Origin: Eledone cirrhosa
Lineage: Eukaryota
Assembly (NCBI GenBank): GCA_964016885.1
Contig: OZ024746.1
Span: forward strand, 66,712,001 to 66,776,000
DNA: 64,000 nucleotides
Direction: 5' to 3'
Shown in pieces: positions 35,501 through 47,905 of this stretch. The first letter of the stretch is position 1. Each line of letters starts with the position of its first letter. The position numbers and the translations under genes were made by a program. The notes beneath the pieces were generated by a model. The model did no database searches and was not told the origin of the DNA. It was given only the letters and a program-made list of their open reading frames with translations.

Positions 35501-37595
35501 TTATGTATAATAATATGTTTTTTGTCTCTCGTCATCATTGAAACATCTACTCACTTATTATTCATTTCCATGTTTCTTTATAAATAGTCAATCATTTTTA
35601 TCCACAATAATTTACGTTATTAGATAAATATATGAATAATGTAAATCGAATTCACTAGATAACATGCATCCTTAGAATAGAGACACCATGTGACGAATAA
35701 CATAAATAATAACAGAATAAAAATAAAAATAATTATATTCTTACATGGGTTCGGTCCTTAAATCCTATCTCAATCGGTTTTAATATTTAAGAGATACTTT
35801 TTATCTGTGTACAGCAATTGTTTTCTTTCTAGTTGTTACTCATCAATGAATTCCATGTTAAACACATAGAGTGAAGTATTGAGATATTTGTACCAAGGTT
35901 GAACAAAGTAACCTCCACTACGGAGTTATGATTGTTGTAGATCTAAGTATAAAAATTGGTGCAAACTGTAATCTGTTTGCCTGCCTATGCAATTTGTTTC
36001 GCTCTTTTTTTAATAGCCTTTTAAAGTTTAATATTTAATCAATAGTGTAACACCTCTTCTGATAGGTCACATATTAGGAAGTCGCAAACAAGCACTTAAT
36101 TATACATGAATATTACAAGTAAAATAGGCAGGCGTATAAATTATTATGATGTTTAAAATCCTCCAGCCCTAAAATGCTAACTGTTGAATTCTGCATGCTC
36201 TAAATCGTCTGGTAAACTTTGTCATAGTACAATATTAACATTTAGGTCTAGACATATGCAGGATATAATTACGTAAATCTAAATCTAAACTGAATTATCC
36301 AAGATACGCTATGTACATAAACAGTCTATATATTATATAGTGTAACCAAATCATACTAATTGCCATCTCAGAACAGAAATAGCAACTGCAATGTAACATG
36401 TCATTGATGGAGGCGATTCAACAATCTAAGAATCGGAATTATTTAACCCCGTACTACATAAAGATATATATACAAACGCAGGTATATCAAATATTAAAAT
36501 TAGTTATTAAATCCCCACTATGTAGTACGCGGTTCTATATAACACCATATGGACAATCTCCGCAGGCAGTCTATGCACATCCAGTTACTGAGAGGCCAGA
36601 GAAACCTCAGTATCTACGAGGAAGCCAACATCTCTTACACCGGGTCAATGATTACAAAATATCAGCTTCGATGGCCTGAGCAGTAGTTAAAACAAGTATT
36701 TTAGTTAACATGTATTTCTCTTAAATAAGAGAATAATTATTGAGGTGGTAAATGGCAACGCATCAATTAGGATTTTAAATTGATCTGAAAAGATGTGGCA
36801 TGAATAATGTTGAATGTGAGTTACTAAAAGATAATCGGTGCAAATGATGAAAGATGATCTACAGGGAATCCCGTTACTTCAGAACTATAAGCGTAAATAG
36901 CAGGCCGATGCCGTCAACCCATTACTGTCTTCCCTTGAGACAAGAAGTGCCCGGCTTTCGACCGACACCTACATAGCAAATTTGACAATAAATTGGAAAC
37001 GCGGTGCCGTAGTATTTAATTCTGGTAAGCAATCATCCTCAATCTCAAGGGAATGACGATGACGCAGATTGAGGATGCTTGACAACTGTTAAAGCTTTTC
37101 GGTGTTTCCTTATGACCATTACGTTGATAGTACATATAAAGGCGACTTCAAACTTGCTTCTCATCTTCTCCAAAATAGATAAGATAGCATACAAAAAATA
37201 GTGACACAATTACCTGATATGAAATAGGTAGCGTTATTTAAAATTTTCAGATAAGAAACGAAATGATTTTTTTTTTTTTTCATAATACTTTTAAAATATT
37301 ATTCTACAAACATTGTCTAATATCCATTTCATGTTCTCAGACTTCGTTGGAAGTAAATGTGTCAATATTCTTTTCAGGTTTAGATGACATAAAATGTTGA
37401 TAATGAGGTACAATACGAATGAAGAATACGGAAATAAATGATCTCTCACAAAATTAAATGACTTTGAAGACATATAATCACGTAGTTCTATATCAGGCAA
37501 GATATGGAATATTGCAATTACATTTAATTTCTATCTTATTCCATTCACCCAAAAGGAACGATAAATATATGTACAGTATCAAATAGCATACTACC

Positions 37596-38129
<534 letters not shown>

Positions 38130-38130
<1 letters not shown>

Positions 38131-38380
38131 TAGTATAAAAAAACAAAATATCAGTGATGCATCTGGACTCAGTTTATTGCGTGTTACAATTGTTTCGCCG
38201 GCAGGTAGCTCGAGACATGATCAGTGTATGGATCTGGCTGATCCATACAGTAGAATCCATACTGTAGAATCAGCCAGATCCATACAGTGATCATGTCTCG
38301 AGCTACCTACTGGCGAAACAATTGTAACACGCAATAAACTGAGTCCAGATGCATCACTGATTTTTCGTTTTTTTATACTA
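38130..38380. repeat. Near-perfect palindrome (~120 bp arms) containing the 3' half of a hammerhead
   Basis: Mirror arms around ~38255; GGCGAAAC AATT GTA on the right arm. Confidence 0.9.
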
Positions 38381-38504
38381 TTCACACTCTGCCCTGTAAG
38401 AATATTGAGTGCTAATTTTGGCATACCGCCTATGGAAATACCATAGCTACCATTATACACACGTATATATGTATATATATATATATATTATCATTAAGTA
38501 TTTG

Positions 38505-39926
38505 AGGTTTGTGAAATTACTTTCTCAAAAGCAACAGTCTGCTGAACTCCAATCAACATGGGTTACGTAATGTAAGTGTTTGAATAACCCATGTACTAAA
38601 TCACTTTGATGAAATTTTGAGATCTTTGCGAGATGGCTCCAGCACTGATGTCCCCTGCCTTGATTTCAGCAAGACGTTTGACCCAACATTCTACTGAGAA
38701 AACTATCCAACATCAGTGTCACTGGATAGTTGCTGCAATGGATCAAGTGTTTCCTGTCAAAAAGAGCCCAACATGTTGTAATCGGAGGAGTACAATCCAG
38801 TCCAGTCAAAGTCAGTAGCGTTGCCTCACAATGTACTATGCTGGGCCCACTTCATTTCATTATCTATATTAATGACATTACTGACATCATCAAGCACAGC
38901 AGCATAAAAGCCTTCGCAGATGATTTCAAGCTCCAGAAGGTCATCGATGGCATGTGTGACCGGATATACCTCCAATCCGATCTACTGGGTGTTATCCAAT
39001 AGGCGGAAAAGAACAATATGATGGTGAACGAGTATAAATTTTAGTTATTCCACTTAGGAAAAGATGATACCCTGGAACTCCGATACACCCTTGCTTCAGA
39101 TGAAACTCTCGTGGCATACAATCACATCAGAGACTTATGAGTAATTGTGGACAACAACATAATATGGGCCACTCATATAAACAGCAAAGTTGACATGGCC
39201 CGCCTAATGTGTTCCTGGATTCTCAGAACATTCCAGATGACAGATATGCATACTATTATCCTTCTCTTTTCCACATTTGCCCGACCACACCCTAAATACG
39301 GTTGTACACTGTGGGATCCCCACAGGAAACAAAATATCATGAAAATTGAAGCTCCTCAAAGGAGATAGATGGCATGTCAGGCCTTTACTATTGGGATCTA
39401 CTAGAAATGGATAGATGGCATGTAAGAAATGGATAGATGGCATGTCAGGCCTTCACTATTGGGGTCTACTAGAAAAACTCAAACTTTATTCTCTCCAACG
39501 CCGCCGCGAGCACTACATTCTCTGCATGATGTGGAAAATATTCCATCAACATTGCCCAAATTATGTTGGCATTACCTTTAACCCACACCCAAGACTTGGA
39601 GACCGTACAATCCGCCCATAACAAAAATCACCCTCGCATCTCATAACAAAAATACGGCACAAATTGCGCCTCAATTGGCCCCGCTCTCTTCAACATTACA
39701 CCAAAATACATTAAAACAAAGGCATACTCCATAAAGTTCAAGAAGTCTTTGGAAAAATTCCTTCAAGAAACCCCGGATAAACCTCTTAACCCGGATATGT
39801 CTCCGCAAACAATACCTCCCTTCTTGAGTGGGCCATGATGTCTAAATACTGATTTGAAAGACTTCGCCAGGTGGTGCTATTAGACATGGCCAAGGCCAAT
39901 ACAGGCCCAAAGTTATCAAAGTTATA
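38505..39926 (+). mobile_element. CR1-group LINE, 5'-truncated, degenerate RT
   Basis: QHG.R, DFSK.FD, WIKCFLSKR.Q.V, LGPLHFIIYIND, FADD, LQSDL, L.LYSLQRRRE; short tandem tail AAAGTTATC; small internal duplication ~39364-39465. Confidence 0.85.
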
Positions 39927-39932
39927 TATATA

Positions 39933-40095
39933 CACACTAGAAGAGGGAGACTGAGGTTGAAATATGTTGATGCCTAAGGACAGACACGGGCCTCTTAGAG
40001 ACGCAGGACATGGCAGTGATGATGAGGGACAGAGACCGCTGGCGAGAACTCGTCCATGGTTCTCGGGAAATTTACCCGCCCTAGATAGATAGATT
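39933..40095 (+). mobile_element. RTE-type LINE 3' end with (TAGA)n tail
   Basis: Homologous to 21560-21712. Confidence 0.75.
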
Positions 40096-40398
40096 TGTAT
40101 ATATAAATATGTCTTGCGAGGTTTTTGATAGGAAATGGTGTGTCGAAATAAATATAGTTATACTTGGGGGGTCATATTTTTTAATAATATTGCCAGAAAT
40201 AATAACAGAACACACTCACTGTTTGGTTGGTTTTCGTTTCTGTATCTTTTATATCTCCACAGTTAATTCATTTGGCCATCAATGTTTATCATTGACTGAC
40301 CAACGGTCATAGATATATGACATACCGCTACGGTCTTGATTATTCAATTCCAGTATTTAATCAAGATCGTAGCGCTATATCATATATCAAATCATATG

Positions 40399-40457
40399 TT
40401 TTGTCTGATGAAAACGTACTGAAACAACATAGTACCTTTGAAATATATATAATAAGG
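40399..40457 (+). ncRNA. Type I minimal hammerhead motif
   Basis: TTGT-CTGATGA-AAA(C)GTACT..AGTAC(C)TTT-GAAA-T ATAT A-TA-ATAA; preceded by a long hairpin at 40312-40388. Confidence 0.75.
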
Positions 40458-40605
40458 TATATATTTTGATTATGAGAATATTTTTCATTTGTTAACATTT
40501 TAAATAATATTAAAAACTCCAGGAAAACTCCCAGTTCAGTGATTCTAATCTATTCTAAAATTGTATTCGTAGAGTAATCAACGAACCATACACATCTTTG
40601 GTTAT

Positions 40606-40658
<53 letters not shown>

Positions 40659-40663
40659 CATAC

Positions 40664-40713
<50 letters not shown>

Positions 40714-41004
40714 TAAAACGGAATGTCTTCCGATCAATTGAGTAATGATATAGTATGATATAACATGATTGTATGTGAACGTAGAGTAAAAGGTAAAAGG
40801 AAAGGAAATTGTTAAAATTATTTGATACTTGTTGAAGAAAAAATATATATAATATCATGCGTTTTATATTATCGTATAAAACTACTTGGAGCATACTAGA
40901 AGGTATTTGTTACTGGAAAATTTGAAATCCATATGGTCTCTTAATTTTAAAAATTTTTTATTATTTCCAAATGTTAATGCATACACAGTCACGCACAGAT
41001 AGAG

Positions 41005-41059
<55 letters not shown>

Positions 41060-41174
41060 TAAAAAAATAATGAATAAAACAATGAAACAGTTCCTTATAT
41101 TAAACAAAAAAAGTTCATTATTTAACGATCGTTTCTAGGATATATATGTGTTAGAATTGGCATGCATATTACAA

Positions 41175-41211
<37 letters not shown>

Positions 41212-41250
41212 GATATTAATAAATGGAATCTATATTTATAAAACCATATC

Positions 41251-41315
41251 TATTTCATTATACATATTTCAGGGATACCAAATTAAATTATGGTATGCCT
41301 TCATCAGACAAAATG
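41251..41315 (-). ncRNA. Type I hammerhead motif
   Basis: TTTTGT-CTGATGA-AGG.ATACCA..TGGTAT.CCT-GAAA-TATGTA-TA-ATGAAA. Confidence 0.75.
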
Positions 41316-41635
41316 CAATATATAACAGTTTTACAAATAAGCTTTGACGTACCCTTTTAAAATGCAACCATTATTTTTGGAAGCCATTTGGTATCCCTGA
41401 AATATGTATAATGAAATAGATATGGTTTTATAAATATAGTTTCCATTTATTAATATCGTATATCTACTCCAAATACTTGTCGGGTGCTTTATATCAGTTA
41501 TAAAAATATTTACTTGTTGTATCCCAACAATTTTAAATCGAACTTTTGCATATATATATAACGTTATTCCGAGTTGAATCGGAGGTAACCACAGTAAGTA
41601 AGGTACTCAATACATTGCAGAGTATAACAGTTTCT

Positions 41636-41694
41636 GATGAGATTCCTGATGATTTCTATAGAATGAAACAGTTCTAGTCCTGTAGAATCTCATC
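41636..41694 (+). ncRNA. Type I hammerhead motif with 10-bp stem I
   Basis: GATGAGATTC-CTGATGA-T TTC TATA GAA T-GAAA-CAG..CTG-TA-GAATCTCATC. Confidence 0.75.
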
Positions 41695-41702
41695 TATATT
41701 AA

Positions 41703-41771
<69 letters not shown>

Positions 41772-41897
41772 AAAGTTCTATTTAAATTGTTGGGATACAA
41801 CAAGTAAATATTTTATAACTGATATAAAGCACTCGACAAGTATTTGGAGTAGATATACGATATTAATAAATGGAAACTATATTTATAAAACCATATT

Positions 41898-41962
41898 TAT
41901 TTCATTATACATATTTCAAGGATACCAAGTTAAATTATGGCATGCCTTCATCAGACAAAATA
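41898..41962 (-). ncRNA. Type I hammerhead motif (copy of 41251 family)
   Basis: Same architecture as 41251-41315. Confidence 0.7.
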
Positions 41963-42998
41963 CAATATATATCAGTTTTACAAATAAGTATTGACGTACC
42001 CTTTCAAAATGCGACCATTACTTTTGGAGGACATCAGGATAGTGGTTTGTTTATATTATTTTAGTAAGTCTTAGTGTTAAGGACAATTACAAAAGACGGA
42101 GAGAGAGAGAAAAGCGTCTAGAAAAAAAGGAGAGAGAGAGAAAAGCATGGAGAAAAAGGGAGAGATAAATAATGAAAAAGGGGAAAGAAAAGAAGAAAAA
42201 AGGAAAAAATAAGAAAACAGTTTTGATTGCAGATATGCATAATTTTAACAGCCATAAATGCATGAAAGTTAATCCTGTATATTTATATATATATACTGTG
42301 AATTTTTTATTTAATAACACAAGGAATGTATAGCAGTAATAACAAAATCACTTATGCTCTGTATGTATATATTATATGCGGGAGTAGATATAATGTCTAT
42401 TTTCTGAATGTATGTGTATATATATATTTATGTATCTTTGCCTATATATACGTGCTGTACGATAGGTAATTTCTATAGCAATATACATTTTGTGATGTTT
42501 AAATTCCAATTTTTAGTATTTTGATCTCAATTTTTAAACTAAATATCTAATCATAATTAAACAATGATTAATTTCTCATATTATATACGTATATTCCATT
42601 CATGAATATTAATATTTCTAATTTTATTTATTCATTTCATCTCAATTGTTAACTCAACTTAATATGACATGACTTAAGGCTTTCGTTATCTCCACCTCTC
42701 TCTATCTCTTATTTCTCTCTCTTGAGTTTTTTCTCTCTGTCTGATGGTTTGATATCTCTCTGTTGCTTTCCTCTGTTTTCTTATTTTTTCCTTTTTTCTT
42801 CTTTTCTTTCCTCTTTTTCTTTATTTATCTCTCCCTTTTTCTCCACGCTTTTCTCTCTCTCTCCGTCTTTTGTAATTGTCCTTAACACTAAGACTTACTA
42901 AAATAATATAAACAAACCACTATCCTGATGTCCTCCAAAAGTAATGGTCGCATTTTAAAGGGTACGTCAATGCTTATTTGTAAAACTGATATATATTG

Positions 42999-43063
42999 TA
43001 TTTTGTCTGATGAAGGCATACCATAATTTAATTTGGTATCATTGAAATATGTATAATGAAATA
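42999..43063 (+). ncRNA. Type I hammerhead motif (copy of 41251 family)
   Basis: CTGATGA 43007-43013, GAAA 43044-43047, stem I TATTTTGT/ATGAAATA. Confidence 0.7.
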
Positions 43064-43160
43064 AATATGGTTTTATAAATATAGTTTCCATTTATTAATA
43101 TCGTATATATATATATATATATATAATATAAGATCAAAAGATGGTTAAAGGAGTTCCATA

Positions 43161-43231
43161 TATTTTATTATGCGCATTTCAAAAACAAACATCATCAAGC
43201 AATAATATTTGTGTTTTCATCAGATAAAACA
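43161..43231 (-). ncRNA. Type I minimal hammerhead (mirror of 45787)
   Basis: Reverse complement of 45787-45857. Confidence 0.78.
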
Positions 43232-44496
43232 GGAGAACATGATATGAAGGCTAAAAAACACTTGTGGATAGTGCAGTTTTAAATCAACATATGAAAAGTG
43301 GTTTTAGATTGATGTGTGATATTGGGAAAAATATTTTATTTAGAGAGGGGGGGGGAGGATGAAAAGGGAAGGAGATGAGAGGGAGAGATGGGTGATAGAG
43401 AGAAAGAGATAGTTTTTATAACTGAGAGGAGATATATTTTTTACATAGAGAGGTTGAAAACCGTTGGAAGATACTGTATAAATTAAAAATTTTGAAAATT
43501 AACGAAGGGAGGATATGTGCGAGGAAAACATATTTTATTTAGGGAGGGGGGTGGAAAGGATGAAAAAAAGGGGGAGGAGATGAGAGTGAAGGTGGAGAGG
43601 GAGAGATGGGTGATAGAGAGAAAGAGATAGTTTTTATAACTGAGAAAAAGATATATTGTTTTAATATAGAGAGGTTGGGAACCGTTGGAAGATAATGTAT
43701 AAATTAAAGGAATTTGAAAATTAACGAAGGGAAATTATGTATGAAGATAGAGAGAAAAAAATAATAATTGTGGGTGAATATTCTAACGTCAAAAGAAGAA
43801 ATGTATGTATTGTGGCAATTTCAAAATTAGCGAAGAGAAAAATTGTTAAGGTTTGTGTGTAGAGGGATTTGAGAAAAATAATGTGAAGTTAAAGTTTGTA
43901 TATTGATTGAATTGATAATATGTGCGAATAAAGAGTTAATATGTATTAATAATGAGTTCGTTGATGGGGAGAAAAAAATAATAATAAATTAAGGATGAAA
44001 TTGAGATTAAAAAGATTTATGATAGAGAGAAAAAATAATAATGATTGCGGATGAATATTCAAATGTCAAAAACAAATGTTATGATTTTACGAGAAGATAG
44101 AATGAGGGTAATGAGTAAACGAGTATTATAGAGTGTATAATGCCCTTTAAAGTAAGGTAGATGGGTATATTTTAAAGAGGTGTATGTATATGTGCCTTTG
44201 AGAAAAGATTCTAAATTGATAAAGAATTGAATATTAACTGTATACTTTGTGAAAAGTTCTATGGAATTTATGCAGGCAGATAGAAAACAAATCTGAGCGT
44301 CTATTTATTATAGAATCTAGGTTAGAGATAATGGTAAATTTTTCATTTAGGCAGAGATTACAGATTTTAGATAGAGAGCTGTTCAAGTATGAGGATGCAG
44401 AAGAAATCTTCTTCCAAAAGATGGTATATTTAATGTTTTTGTCTTTTAAGGACCATATGAGTTCTGAGAGAGCAGTGTTAGTTCTTGTAAATTTGT

Positions 44497-44780
44497 AATC
44501 ATCATTCATCTTTCAAATACAAACTTAAAAGAACTAACACTGCTCTCTCAGAACTCATATGGTCCTTAAAAGACAAAAACATTAAATATACCATCTTTTG
44601 GAAGAAGATTTCTTCTGCATCCTCATACTTGAACAGCTCTCTATCTAAAATCTGTAATCTCTGCCTAAATGAAAAATTTACCATTATCTCTAACCTAGAT
44701 TCTATAATAAATAGACGCTCAGATTTGTTTTCTATCTGCCTGCATAAATTCCATAGAACTTTTCACAAAGTATACAGTTA
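44497..44780 (+). pseudogene. GIY-YIG endonuclease C-terminal fragment (PLE); mirrored at 44234-44497 (-)
   Basis: Homologous to the C-terminal half of the 24852-25337 ORF. Confidence 0.85.
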
Positions 44781-45786
44781 ATATTCAATTCTTTATCAAT
44801 TTAGAATCTTTTCTCAAAGGCACATATACATACACCTCTTTAAAATATACCCATCTACCTTACTTTAAAGGGCATTATAAACTCTATAATACTCGTTTAC
44901 TCATTACCCTCATTCTATCTTCTCGTAAAATCATAACATTTGTTTTTGACATTTGAATATTCATCCGCAATCATTATTATTTTTTCTCTCTATCATAAAT
45001 CTTTTTAATCTCAATTTCATCCTTAATTTATTATTATTTTTTCTCCCCATCACCGAACTCATTATTAATACATATTAACTCTTTATTCGCACATATTATC
45101 AATTCAATCAATATACAAACTTTAACTTCACATTATTTTTCTCAAATCCCTCTACACACAAACCTTAACAATTTTTCTCTTCGCTAATTTTGAAATTGCC
45201 ACAATACATACATTTCTTCTTTTGACGTTAGAATATTCACCCACAATTATTATTTTTTTCTCTCTATCTTCATACATAATTTCCCTTCGTTAATTTTCAA
45301 ATTCCTTTAATTTATACATTATCTTCCAGCGGTTCCCAACCTCTCTATATTAAAACAATATATCTTTTTCTCAGTTATAAAAACTATCTCTTTCTCTCTA
45401 TCACCCATCTCTCCCTCTCCACCTTCACTCTCATCTCCTCCACCTTTTTTTCATCCTTTCCACCCCCCCCCCTCCCTAAATAAAATATGTTTTCCTCGCA
45501 CATATCCTCCCTTCGTTAATTTTCAAAATTGTTAATTTATACAGTATCTTCCAACGGTTTTCAACCTCTCTATGTAAAAAATATATCTCCTCTCAGTTAT
45601 AAAAACTATCTCTTTCTCTCTATCACCCATCTCTCCCTCTCATCTCCTTCCCTTTTCATCCTCCCCCCCCTCTCTAAATAAAATATTTTTCCCAATATCA
45701 CACATCAATCTAAAACCACTTTTCATGTGTTGATTTAAAACTGCACTATCCACAAGTGTTTTTTTAGCCTTCATATCATGTTCTCC

Positions 45787-45857
45787 TGTTTTATCTGATG
45801 AAAACACAAATATTATTGCTTGATGATGTTTGTTTTTGAAATGCGCATAATAAAATA
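45787..45857 (+). ncRNA. Type I minimal hammerhead with GCGC palindromic loop 3
   Basis: TTTTAT-CTGATGA-AAA..TTT-GAAA-T GCGC A-TA-ATAAAA. Confidence 0.8.
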
Positions 45858-46063
45858 TATGGAACTCCTTTAACCATCTTTTGATCTTATATTATGCATA
45901 CTCCAGTCCCACAAACTGTAGAGTGCTTCTTATCCGATATCTGCATTGCTTTATTGTACTACAATAAAACTCACCTCCTACATATATATATATATATATA
46001 CACTTCTGTGTGTGTAACTGTGATAAAATGCCTGCAAAACTTATATATATATATACAAATATA

Positions 46064-46104
<41 letters not shown>

Positions 46105-46659
46105 GTAAGCTTGCAGGAAGTTTATCACTTCAATGTTATTTAAGATAATTTTATTTTCTTGCATTTATGACCATTATACATATAACAAAGTACACGTTTT
46201 TATGCGTGAAAGTAAACAAACATATAAAGTGTATTATGGAGAATACATTTGATTTTTTTTCCCGCATAATGAAATTTATGCTTGGAAATCGCTTCACGAA
46301 TTCTAAGAAAAATACAAATTTCTACATTTAATCTTCATGTTCCAAGTTTTGTTGGGTGTGCGTTAAAATGGCGAAATATCACTTTTCCTATGGCTGTGTT
46401 TGAGTTTATTAAATCGTATGACTTATGCTAGAAAAAATATATCACCTGGCAAGACGTTTTTTTATTTAAATGCGAAACAATTTTCAGAAAAGAAAATGAA
46501 TGAAATCAATCACTTATGCTGGTTCTGTATTTGTATGGAGATTTACATTTGTCAGACTCATGTAAACTTCTGTAAAATAGAAGCAGTGTATACTATTATA
46601 TATAAAATGCAAGCTGCGTCTGGAGAAATTAATATGGCTTTAAGCTCTCTTTCTCTCTC

Positions 46660-46760
46660 TCGTTATATATATATATATACACATACATAATGTATTTATA
46701 TATATATACATATATATATATACATAATGTATTTATATATATAATATATATAATATATAT

Positions 46761-46802
<42 letters not shown>

Positions 46803-46805
46803 GTG

Positions 46806-46836
<31 letters not shown>

Positions 46837-46845
46837 GTGAGTGTG

Positions 46846-46886
<41 letters not shown>

Positions 46887-46963
46887 ATATATATATATAT
46901 AAAATTCATAAACGTCTTCAAGAAAAATGGTATGTCATATAATATATATAAAATATATATATA

Positions 46964-47058
<95 letters not shown>

Positions 47059-47190
47059 TTATTTATATATATAATATATATAATATATATATATATATGT
47101 TTATATATATATATATATATGTTTATATATATATTTATATATATATTATCTGACATATCACTTTTCTTGAAGACGTTTATGAATTTTCTT
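46660..47190. repeat. (TA)n-rich block with ~43-bp inverted repeat (46901-46943 / 47145-47187)
   Basis: AAAATTCATAAACGTCTTCAAGAAAA mirrored by TTTTCTTGAAGACGTTTATGAATTTT. Confidence 0.85.
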
Positions 47191-47309
47191 CTTCAGCAGT
47201 ATTCAATGTCTAGAAAACGAGAAAGCCACAGTGAAAAATATTAAAATGAATAATGTTGAAGTGGAATATAGAAGCGAGCCTAACGGCGATAAGTATGATT
47301 CTGAGTTTA

Positions 47310-47360
47310 ATGATGATGAATGATGATGATGATAATAATAACAATAATAATAATAATAAT

Positions 47361-47398
<38 letters not shown>

Positions 47399-47426
47399 TA
47401 AATATAATAACGACAATAACAACAAC
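47310..47426. repeat. (GAT)n/(AAT)n microsatellite
   Basis: Direct inspection. Confidence 0.95.
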
Positions 47427-47543
47427 ATTTATTGCAGACAACAAAATGCATGCAGACGACGAAACTTTGTGGTTATCAATATGTAGCAATAAAAACAACT
47501 TTTTTAGAAATTCACACACACACACACACACACTCATATATAT

Positions 47544-47587
<44 letters not shown>

Positions 47588-47718
47588 TAGTATTAGAATA
47601 TTTCATATCGTCAGCAACTTTAATAGTCAATACAGATATGTACTTGATGGTGTTGCTTCATAAAGTTGCACAAAACATGTGAACATTCCGTACCTCTACT
47701 AATACTAGAAATAATAAT

Positions 47719-47905
47719 AATTGTTTGTACTTTTGGCACAAGGCCAGCAATTACAAAGTACATTACTGGTACTTTATTTTATCGACCCCGTAAAGATGAA
47801 AGGCAAAGTTAACCTCGACGGGATTTGAACTCAAACTGTAAATGGACGTAACTATGCCAGAAAGCAGGGCGTACAAGCCTCTACTGCTACTGCCAATTCA
47901 CCGCC
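47719..47905 (-). mobile_element. SINE family S, full-length, ~14-bp TSD
   Basis: TSD CTAG(A/C)AATAATAAT at 47705-47718 and 47906-47919. Confidence 0.88.

Larger units (their letters stand above)
41209..43104. repeat. Four alternating-orientation copies of one PLE-like pLTR (41209-41383 -, 41387-41551 +, 41766-42235 -, 42770-43104 +)
   Basis: Direct comparison; hammerheads at 41251-41315 (-), 41898-41962 (-) and 42999-43063 (+), plus a half motif at 41387-41420. Confidence 0.85.
43123..45895. mobile_element. Head-to-head inverted pair of 5'-truncated Penelope-like elements forming a ~2.77-kb palindrome
   Basis: Arms 43123-44497 and 44518-45895 are near-identical reverse complements; each runs GIY-YIG C-terminus (NHHSSFK..TALSELIW.LK..W.I..C.LCL.EK), then ~1 kb UTR, then a hammerhead, then the end. 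Confidence 0.92.
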
